Origin: Trichoplax adhaerens
Lineage: Eukaryota > Animalia > Placozoa
Length of the DNA stretch: 32,215 nucleotides
NCBI RefSeq assembly: GCF_000150275.1
Contig: NW_002060955.1
Coordinates: 1,885,503 to 1,917,717, forward strand
Direction: 5' to 3'
The translations under genes were made by a program, and so were the position numbers. This document shows positions 11,701 through 23,700 of this stretch, piece after piece. The notes under the pieces were generated by a model. The model ran no database searches, was not told where the DNA came from, and saw only the letters and a program-made list of their open reading frames with translations. How positions within the stretch are numbered: position 1 is the first letter of the stretch; every line of letters begins with the position of its first letter.

Positions 11701-14700
11701 AATAATTTTCACTAAGAGTGCTTATCAAGTTATCATCTAGGTATCTTTAGTAAAGAATTAATAATAATTGTTAGAAGCATGAAATCCATGTAAAAATCTT
11801 TATTATAAACCTGAAACTAGGCTAGCAAGTGAGATAGTTGCGTGTTTGCATAGCGTATTTTACTAATTATTGGTTGAAATCGAACTCAATTCATGACACT
11901 AATATTTAACTGCAATCATCTAAAATCTTGTTCTGCCAATCATTTACTTACAATTCTTCGAGACTTCTTAAGTTCTTAAAGTCGTTAGAATTTACTCTGT
12001 GAATGCGATTAGATGCTAAAGATCTAGATATTAGAAGAAACAATCGTGCATACTCTTATGGAGCAGTAAAATCATTGGTACATTATTTTATGACCTTTAT
12101 CGACGCTAAAATCAAGTTGCAGACAGCCTGATTTCAATATTACTCTTTAAATCTGTTCTGTATGAATTATAGTTAAGAATAGATAATACTCTAGGTAATA
12201 GAAAATTGTTTATCTACTTTGCTATGTGCTTTATAATACTAGCTTGTAGCAATGTTCTAATTCAAATCTTAAAGAATGTATGCTGCTATAGAGACAGGTA
12301 AAGTGCAAGTGAGTCTTATTAATAATAATTACAATTCACGAAAGTAATAAGCATATTGCACTCTCATTTTTAGCTTCGCTTGTACTCATGTGCAAATAAA
12401 GATCTGAAGCTATTTTTGAATTAATTATCTTCAGGTAAATCTTAGCAAAGCTACAACTCCACATATACGCTTGCTAATACGTACGAGATATTTAATAAAA
12501 AGATCTCTGTTTAATCTTGCCATACTTACAGTATAACAAGTTGGGATAGCTTTCCTATAAAATCTAGCTTCTGTAATTTGTTATTTTGCAGAATTCTACA
12601 CAATAAAAATATAACAAGTTATTTGGGACTTTCGAAGCGCAGCCCAGTTGCTATATCAATATTTCGTTGTCAAATCTATAATCAATTAAATAGTTACTCC
12701 GACTCAAGTATTTCTATCGCAAGCACTTTATTAATTCATATTTGCGAGATAAAATAAAGGACGTACTGTATATTAAACTTACAACGACTGTAACTCTGAG
12801 AGCGGTTCTAGTGCCTTCGTATCAATATTAGACAGCATATTGGAAGAGATGTTTCTATGGAATATAAATAGCGATTAGTAAGTATGAAAATTAATAAAGA
12901 CATTTTTGAAATTTCTTATTAAAATAGAGTTTAAATTAGATCACATTCAAGCATTAGGTAAGTTTTTTTTAGCGAACTCATCAGATGGAAATACTTACAA
13001 TGATTGCAGATTACTGTAGTTAGACATAATAAAAGAATCTTTAACACTTTTGATGTTACTATAACGATTGCTTGTTAGATCACTGGTAGGAAATAAAGCA
13101 TCGAAATTGTTTAGAAAAATAAAGAGAGATGATAAGGTTAAAGTTGAATTGAACTAATTATATTTGTACGAGTTAAATATATTAATTTCAGGAGAATTCA
13201 TAAATTTACACTTACAGGTGGGCTAAATTCAAAAGTGTAGAAAAATTGAGCGGTTTTGATTCATGGAATTTATTGTAAGATAGATTACTATTTCATACCA
13301 AGTTTACAGAAGATTATATGATATTGATATTTGATATTCATATTGATATGATGTTGATATAGTTGGCACATAAATGATAAAAAATTGATCAGACTTACGA
13401 TATTGACTATAAACTTGATAATTCACAATCACTTGAATAGCAATTGAAATCTAGAGCACATGGACTTACAGGGTTCTGCAATCTGCAAAGTCTAAATATC
13501 GTATTTCTGATATGTAGTTATTCGTCAAATCTCTGTTAGAAAAAACAGTAACTTAAAACTTCGAAATCAGCAGATAGCAGATTATTCAGAAATATTGGAG
13601 TATTATAGAATTTTATATAGCCCTAAAAATTTAAGTTTTAATTATAGTAGGTACTTATTGTCTTATCCTTGCCACAGGTATTACGTATAAATTGAGATGT
13701 GATATAGATGAACTGACTATTATACTACTGATATTTATTTGCTGATTTAATTGATATTTGATATTGGAGCTTTGACTGCCTCCATATTATACTCAGAATA
13801 TATTTAAGACTTACAAAGTCTTTATGACCGGAGAATTTCTACTTCTTTCTACTGATCCATTGTGTACGTTCAGTCTTAGCGGATATGATCTTGATAGTCC
13901 CCTTAGTAGATAAAAACAATCTTAATAATAGCCATAGGACTTAAGATTGAAATCTATAGAGCATTACTATATTACTTAGCGTAAGAAAATTATGCAATAT
14001 ACAAGTTTGATAAGATTTAATTATAGAAAACAATTGCAGCATACAAAAATTCCATTGATGCAACATTAGGTAATTGAAATTCTGGAAAATTTCTGATGGG
14101 ATTGCCACTAAGTTGCCTAATAAGTTTACATTATTAATAAATTACATTGCTTGATAGTTATACGTTTATCCATAGCTCGAGCCCTTATCCAAAATAATAC
14201 TGCATGTAAAAATATCAATAGATTTCATTTGAACAGTTCTTAAATGGAATCTAGCTCGGGCACTTATTTTAAAAAGGTATAAAAGGCTATTGCACTCACA
14301 GTAATTGTAGTTTATTTAGGCCTGTAAATGTATTTTCGTCAATATGCGATATTGCATTTGTTTGCAAACGTCTAAAGGTGTAAATGTATGAAAAATTAGC
14401 ATATACCAATAGCATTAATACTATTTGGAACATCTTGTAGTTAGTTATAGAATGTTGGCAGTATGCAAGGAGTATAAAAAATTAAAAATTTAAACTATAA
14501 AATTTAGATTATTGCTGTTCTTTGATCTAGAGTTAAAGTAGTTGCAAGAATTTATGTAAGATTTTATCCCTTTCGATCTGTAAGCGGTATAGTGTTATAT
14601 ATACATATGTCAAAAATTTTAATTCTGCACAGCTTGCAATTAAATTGCGAGTTATTATACGAATGATCACTAAATAATAGCACTAGCTTGAAAGTTTAAG

Positions 14701-17700
14701 CTTAGTATTGATTAAATTGCTGTGGGATTACTTAAATTTGTAGAGTAACGACCAAACATTGATAAATTCTAGATTCTGCCGACCGCAACAGCTCTCATAG
14801 AGTTTAATTTAGTCTCTAAGTAAATTTAGCTAATAATTATGCATTGCAGCAAATAAAAATTTTGTTTAAAAACGTTAATACGCTGTTATATCGGTATTGC
14901 TGATGTCAAATTAAGATAGAACTGGCGTGAACACTTTGTCGTATTTAACGTTACAACGTATATTAGAATGTAGAATGTATTATAATCTTTTGATAAAGTT
15001 ATGACTCATGCTTACAAAGCTTTTAGATTTATTAAATGCTTAAATTGACCGGCATTTAACCGCGGAATTTCGTTTTCGTTTAAATTTCTAGATAGTTGTG
15101 AGCCAATTGAAACAATTTTTTTAGAATCTAAGAAAGATTTATCCGTAAATCACTACTAATTTATACTTACAAGTCTTGAAGATTGACTAACGGCGAAAAA
15201 ATTGTAGAGCTGAACCTTTTCAATTTATTGTCTGTTAAATCTCTAATTATGACAGTATAAGAAATAATTCAGTCAGTAGATCAACACTTACAGGCTATTT
15301 AGCTATTCTTAATTATAGTTGTTGAAATGAATCCAGGAAAAATATATCATTCCGTTTATTGGATGTGCTAAATGATATAGCTATGAAATCGATATTTACT
15401 GTATTATTGTATTATTTATCACGTTGGTGAAGCATTTATCACTGTCTACTCAATTATAATGATTAAAGAAATTCCTGCATATGATACGAACTAAAAATTT
15501 TCAATTATAAGTAAACTAGTTTAGACAGTTTTAAACTGCAGTAAGTGTAAGGAGTACTTACAAAGTAGTTAGATTGTAGAGATCTTCGAATGCAGTATCA
15601 TTGATGGAAGAGATGCTATTGAAAGCTAGTCGTCTAAGGATGAAGAATTCGATTTACACGTCTTAACATATTAATTATACGCTAGCTTTACTATACGCTA
15701 GAAGATTTTAGGTATAGTAAATTCTATTTGCTGATTTACTACCGTAAAATAAATGAATCAGTATTGTTAGCATTTACTTTAAACGCCCTAATTAATATAT
15801 AATTAGCATGATTACAGGTGTCTAAGGCTTATAAGTCCTGAAAACTGATAGGCATCCAATGAATTCAATCGAACATTGATAATGGTCCTATTTAATATTA
15901 AAGAAAGGGATAAATTCTTATTTTCTATGAAGTAATTTTAATATATTTATTAATACTTATTACTAGGTTAGAGCATCGAAAGATGATAGATATATGATTA
16001 AGCTATCTTTTACTATCGACGAACATATTTTATGAGCAGATTTCTTATCAGGCATTAAATTTTTTAGTTAACTATTTTAACATGACATTAAAGCATCCTG
16101 CTGCTAGCTGAGAATACAGTTAGTATGTGATTTTAGTAATATGAAACTTACAGCGTCAAAGTCACTTTCATTGATTTAAATAATTTAGTAGGAAGATTGG
16201 ATATGTTGTTGTTATTCATAACTCTTGTTAAAAAATTTTTGGTATAAAATTTAAATGAATAGATAAATAAGCTAACAAGATCGCTTGCCAAGTTTTATCT
16301 TTGAGTTAGCAATATTATATTGCCTAAAGTACCTCAGGTAATTAATGAACGCACTAATTCACATTGAAAAATCTTGCACAATTAATTGTTAAATATTAAC
16401 TTAAGTCTACAGCAACAATTATTTTGAATGTTGTCACCATACGTACAATATTTCAATGGATGTCAAATTCTGGAAAGTTGTTGGCGCAACGGAATCGATA
16501 TTGTTGCTATTTAAGTACCTATGTAGTTCCGGTAAGAAATTGTGAAATGCTATTTATTACATTTAAGGTATTATTTAATGCTTAATTATAACTTATGATC
16601 ATTCGATTTTCTTACACTCTCAATAAACTTGGAGCACACAGGGTTTGAGGGTGAACATGTGATAAGTTGTTGCGATCTAATCTCCTAGTTGTTAAAATTA
16701 TTACGATATTATAACCACTTTTCAACTTATTTAGGATTGCTAAAGTCGGCTAATTATAAAAAGATAAGTAAATTTCATGCCATTATATCTTGATCATGTT
16801 GTAATTAATGGCCTTACTATAGCTAGAAAGATTTTAATAAGTAATCATTTATGATTACTGTCAGAGCTGTAACTGGCATTTAGTGTTACTAGGCGGTAAT
16901 TATTAATTAGATTGGCAAATAACTACTATAAGGTTTAGCATTGTGGCTACAGCTATGTTTGTTGCGCTAATTACAAAGAAAAATAAACTAAAACTTTCTA
17001 CGGAGGTTCCAAATGTATGTAACATATATGGCCTTAGATTAATATTTCTTGATATTAAAGCTATATAAGTATAGCGGTTTTTATATTATAACGAATTGTC
17101 GAAAATTAGTATTATTCTTCGATAAATAAACTTAGAGGAACATCGACAGAAATGTTTCTCTTTACTTCGTTACTATTTAAATTATTAATTTGACCCTATT
17201 GTTCGATGCGATATCTGTAGGACTTACAAAGTTTCCAAGTGTCTAAAATCACAAAATGTACCATCTTCAATTGAAACCAGTTTATTTAGAGAAGCCCGAC
17301 TACAAGAATTGAGAGAAGATGACTTAAATTGAATTTAGTAATTACATACAATGAAGCTACAGAAAGACTTTTCATTAACTAGCAGAGGATATTACGAATA
17401 TGCTAATGCTAAATTTTACATATTACGGAAGACGAAACTATTTAAAATGACTGCTATGACGCAATTTATTTCATGTTACGCGATTATTTCAATTTTTTAT
17501 ATATTTAAAGTGGTAGAAAATTTGCTACTGCGATACATAGCAAAGTTTTTGATCTACTTACAACTCTTGAAGGTTAGTTAAGCCGTTAACATGATCACGT
17601 TGTATGTGCGTCAGATCATTACCTGAGAGGGAGCTAATAAAAACAAGAGAAATAATAATAATTATGTGTTTGGCGATACTCAAGTTTAGCATAACTATAA

Positions 17701-20700
17701 TAAGTACTTCAGAATATAGTATTTTAATAAATAAATGCTTTAGCAAACAATGAAAAGAAAAATTACCGTACATTAATACTATATTTAAAATTCTAAAAGA
17801 CCTCCCCAAATTTTCATACATCATTTTTAAATCATTTACTCACAGAAACACGAGATTCTTTAATTTAGTAAAGGAACCATTTTCAATTATTCTAATTTTG
17901 TTATCTGCTAGTTCTCTAATTTAGAAATTTTATTATTACGATAAAAAGCTATATAATATTAAATATTGTAGAACAATATCAATTAATTATTATTGAAATG
18001 CTTATACATAGCCAAGGCAAACCAAAAAACTAGTACCGTAATTTATAATTAATATGATAAAATTATGAGCTAAAGTCAATGCAGAAATTAAGGTAGAGAA
18101 CTAATTATTTCCAGTTTATGGATTTAAATATTTTAATTCACCACATACAGCAGATAGAGGTTATCAAGATTGACAAAATAGCTTGGTTTTATGATCGAAA
18201 GACTATTATCGGTAAGGAATCTATTAGAAAATAACAATTTTTTGTCATTTACATTAAAGCAGATATTGCACATTCGTTACTGTTCACCAGGGTGAATGCC
18301 TTGGTAATTTGTAACGTTGTAGGATATATAATATCTAACATTTTTATTATCTTCGCAATAGTTATCAGTCTTATCTACTGTAAATGATCGTTATCTTGCA
18401 AGAATTGTAGCAGATAGCTAAGAATTTATTTAACTAATAAAACGTCTAGCATTAATCTCCATGACTGCTAGTATTTGAATTTATAGAAGCTAACATTGTT
18501 AGAGACAAATTTAAGTTATGAAACCATCATAAAGTGTTATATCGTATTTTACACTTAATAGGCATACAATTTGGCCAATTTATTGGTGGGCTTGAAAGTG
18601 TCCTCATCGATGTTAGTAATTTGATTTGATATAACGGATCTGACAATAAATATAATTGAAATATAGAATAATGTCTAATTATAATGTAATTTTTTAATAA
18701 TCAACGGTTAAAGTGCTGTTACATAGCTAGCGATGGTAATAACTACAAGACTAGCAACGAATTGGAGTTACATCTGAATGAATTAGATATCGTATCGTAA
18801 AAAGATTTGATTACCAACACGTAAAGATTCAGTAATATATCTAAGAAAGCATTTAATTTGGTACATACAATAATGTTCTTTGCACAACTGATTAGTGCAG
18901 TCATAAGAAAATAATGTTGTTAAATACATTGCAATACATTACTTTAACGTTGAAAAATCTTATCGTCTCGATATTGTGAATTGGTATTGATAAGACAGAA
19001 ATATACAAAAATTGAACATACTGTAACGTTCATCGCTAAATCACGTTCTTACAATTCTGTCAATCGAGAAAGGCATGCAAGGCTGCCATTGGACAATTTC
19101 GGTAATTTATTGTCATTCAAATCTCTAGAGAAAAATAATTCGGAGTTATAATTTTATAAATGAAAATGATTAGCTATATGGTAAATTTTGAATAAAAATT
19201 TTAAGCCTGAATTTATGTGGTATTGTAAAAAGTTGACTAGCGACGAATTTATAGTAGCTTTTTTGTTGGATGTGGTCTCTAAAAATAAGCTCATTTTGCA
19301 CGTAAATGTTACTCTGTATTTGTTACTATGTACTCGTGCTATATACGTGCCACAATTTCACTTCTGCAACAAGGTAACGTACAGTAAAAGTCTAAAAGTA
19401 GCTACTGACTTAAACGCCCGTTTACTTAATTTAACATACACAGAAGAAGACTCTAAAAATGAAACTTTCATTAGCAAAGATACATCTACAACTTGTTACC
19501 ACACTACTCAACTCAAATGTTCCCATTTATGTAGGAACAGTCTAATTTGTAAACAACAACAGTATTATTATTATACCTTACCAGGAGAAACATCTCGAAC
19601 TGAGATGTTCCTTACATAGCTTTTTTATAACAATCAATATCAAATATGTAATGAACTATTACAAACAACATCCACGTTAAGGCATTACTTGTCTTACCTA
19701 GCGCTACAAAAATGGATATTCTCCGTACTAGCTACTACTGTACTTATTAAACTATCCTAATGACAAGGCAACACGGTAACAATACGGTGAAAAAGATTCT
19801 AAGGAAGTATCGAAAGTAATCGAAAGTTTAAAACGTTGCGTATAAAGAAATTAATATTGTTTGTATAGAACGCGATTTCGACAGTATTTTAAATCCAACC
19901 GAAGGTGTTCTGGAAGTAATCTATCAGAATTCACTAGAATTTCTTACTAATTTATTTTGGATTTCAAATGGAATGTCGCATTCTAAATTAATTATTCATA
20001 GCTATCATCGATAGCATGAAATCTAAGAAATTCTTTAAGCAATTCTCTCATAAGTTCTTGAATCTAATTTAACTTACAATTTTTCCAAATAAGGCATTGA
20101 GCAGAATGTTTCAATTTCGATAAATTCAATGTCGTTATTGTGTATACTTCTAATGAAATAGAATAGATGTATCAAGTTTATTTTGCCTAAAAACAGGGAC
20201 TAAAGTTGAATTATACTAATTTTACGGGAAGGCTAATTAAATATTTAAATGATATAGAATTCGCTATTAATAAATTTTGAACCAAACTTGAGCTGAATTA
20301 TGGTAGTCAATAATGATATCATTCATAAATTAGATTTAGATGTAAAGGAGGTAATAATTATTTAGAAAACTACAAATAGCCGAAATATGGGGTTTTAATA
20401 CAGCAGTCTTTTTCAGTAATAATCACTTGATATCAAAGATACAGCTCTAAGAATGCACTACCAATGAAATATGAATAAGAAAATATTCTTAAACTAATTC
20501 TATCAAGTAAATATTGTGCAAAGAAATCAGTTTCATCATGTATTAAATATATTGATAATTATCGAACTAACTATTATAGAATGCAATATCTTACATATTT
20601 CTCAAATTGGAAGTACAGGCAAAGGTATACCGTTCAAGTTTTTTAATTTTGTTTTGGAAAAGCTGACTAAAATTATATAAAAGTAACAAATAAGTAAGCA

Positions 20701-23700
20701 GCCATATTATCAGTATTCTATAAGTATATACCAAGTTAAGTAAAAATAAAGTAGCTTTAATGAAGAATAATACTTACAGCTCCCATACTTTAGGCATTCC
20801 ACAAAATGAATACGGTTCTACATAGGTGATTGAATTCTGTTCTAATTTTCTAAAGCATCAAAAAAAATTCAGTTTGCTAAAAATGGCGTATATGCTGTTA
20901 CATTGTTTAAAGTAATTCGCCGAATCATTAAAGGATTACAAAGCAAACAAATAAATGTAAATATGTGCTATGTAACTATTTTTTTTTCGTTTTAGAAGTG
21001 AGTAAATTATGATCGAAGAGATAACATGTTTAACAGTTTCAATGAATAGTTGTAAACATCGTAGAGCAGCAATATCAATGGCAAACTTTTAAAGCTCAAA
21101 AAAATGTGCTAACAATGGATTTGTTAAATGAATATAGGCTATAATTAATTAGAGCACTTTTATTGGCCTACTATAGTGGATAAATATAGATTATTTCTTG
21201 TCTTAGCTTGATATCTAATTTTGATTTCTTACGTTGAATGAGCGCTTATGTAATACACTAAGTATTCTTACTGATTTTTTGCGAATATAGTCACAATATT
21301 CTAAAATTGCGTCTGATAAATAGCTACTATTGCAATTGATTTTATTTAAAAATTCATATGCTTACAAATGTTCTACTGATGGTAAGCCAACGAATGCAGA
21401 ACGGCGTACGATTTTCAGATGATTTCCTGCGATATCACTAATTAGAAATGAAGGTTTAAAAATAGCTTATATACAATAATTTATCGAGAACTCGTTATGA
21501 TTTACGTCAGAATTAAATAAAGTTTTTGACTTTTAAATGGTAGTTGCAATTTTAAGTTATCTGAGTATAAATTAATGAATCATACAATCTATAGTATGAA
21601 CTTTAGGCGATGTAAGATGCATAACGCCTACTGTCAACGATGCAATAAAACAAGGGTAAAATTGAGGCATTTTAAACTTACAGCATGCGAAGTTTAGTCA
21701 GATTTCGGAAAGAATTAGGCTCAATGTCTTCGATTACATTATATTCAAGGTATCTAAAAATTTAGAAAAGTATCTCGTTTACTATACATGAGCTCATTTA
21801 AAAAAATGGAGTCTGACAATTACTAGTCATAACAAAATCTTTAGTCTGCAAATTATCCAATTAATATAAAATTATCATTTCTTTACAATGTCTGTAATAT
21901 CTTATTTTATACAAACATGTCTTCCAATGATGACAGACAAGCCAAACTTTCGTTTTTAACAACTTTTAGGCGATTGCCCTTCAAATTTCTGTATAATATA
22001 TTTATAGATAGGGAAAAGAATTCCGTTATGCGTTAATCAAGTTTTGCTTGTATGCGTCTAGTATAGTACAAGTCTCTAGATAGCATCATAAATAGTTATT
22101 GATATTGATGACTAAACAAATATTACAACTAAATTTATTGATTATAATTAAAGTTATTATTTGTTCATGTGGCAATAATTAATACTTTAATTTCATATAT
22201 CGATACTTACAGACGAACAAGTGATTCTAAACCGCACAAGGAGTTAGTTTCAATTGTAGATATTGCATTATGTTTCAGTCGTCTGAAAAGTTAATAAAAG
22301 AAGGATAACAGATCAGCTTTAGAGCATAATACAACCTAATTTGTTGATAGGTTAACGGAGACTTAAGTGTACTAGCGTAATTACTGATTTATTCTATCGG
22401 ATATATAGTTTTATTTTGAGTCAAATGGATTTAAAATCATTTAATATCTACTTTAACAATGATACGCAATCCAGGTACAGCTTTATAACATATGTAACTA
22501 AAACACCACAAATTGATTGCAGTGATTGTTAGTAAAATAGTAATTAACTGTAACATCATTTACAAACTTACAAACTTTCCAGATTTAATAGACAACCAAA
22601 ATCGCCCTCAGACATGGTTTTAAGGCGATTATTGTCCAGAATTCTAATCAATCGTTATTTTATTAAAACCAGAGTGTAAACAGTAATAAAAGTGATTGTT
22701 ATAATATAGTTTCTTATTAGCGAATGATAGTGTAAAATAGTATGTTACACTTACAAATGTTGTAAATTTTGCAGCATACAAAAAGCTTTGGGTTGAATGT
22801 GTGTCAATGCATTTGATCGAAGTGTCCTACGAGAATGGAACATACTGATATTTACTGGCGGTTAGCATATTAAATTTGATATTCGAGCTTAGGTCAAGAT
22901 AGTGGCTACAAGATTTTTCCTATTTTTTAAGTATATTTTGGTTATGAGATTAGTATACTTTATTTATTGTGCATTTAAGAGTTTTATAGCAAATTGTGCA
23001 ATTATGAAGACCATATTAACCGATTAGAAGCAAATCAATCCGATTGGGATTTTGCTGTAATAATCGGCGATAGACGACATATTGTTATCAAATTTTTTAT
23101 AGAATACGAAAAGATTGAATTTATTTTAAGGCACTGATAAATAATGTTAGAAAAATATTCCCTAACTAGGTTTCAATGAAATCATTAAAGTTGTTTCATT
23201 TTTAAATAAAATTTTTTTTATTGTATTTATTATGCAAATTTAAATTATAGCAATAAATTGTTTAATAACTCGTACATCTTCGTCGAATATAATTTTTGAG
23301 ATTCTGCTATTCTGACATTACAATCATTTATAATCCCGTAGATATAGGAATAGAACGAGCTTTGTAAAATTAACGTAGTGTGTCACAAAACAGCTTTGTA
23401 ACAAGATAACGTAATGTACGATCAATAAGCATTTATATGCTCTTCCTCAATAGTTCATGAATCATAGTTAGTACGATTAACTTATAAAATCATTTACTGA
23501 ATTAGAAATTAATTTTAGCTACTACTCCCTTAATGCAGACAACAGTATTTACCTACATAGACATCTGATGACTAATACAGAATAGTCAGATTACCATATG
23601 TTCTATCACGGAACATTTTCACGATAATTTACAATCTACCATAAGTAAGTTACAATCACAATAATTCGAACCGTAAGTAGATGATTTACATTCCCTATTA

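Noticed and set aside
13316-13360. GATATT-like degenerate microsatellite
   Set aside because: Ordinary low-complexity intronic sequence.
15292-15367. Exon-like AG...GTAAGT segment between LRR21 and LRR22
   Set aside because: 76 bp (not a multiple of 3), in-frame TAA, poor LRR match, and it would leave a ~49-bp intron.
17351-17824. ORFs 17351..17581 (+) and 17558..17824 (-)
   Set aside because: Intronic AT-rich sequence; only the last 24 aa of the minus ORF are real (LRR exon 15).
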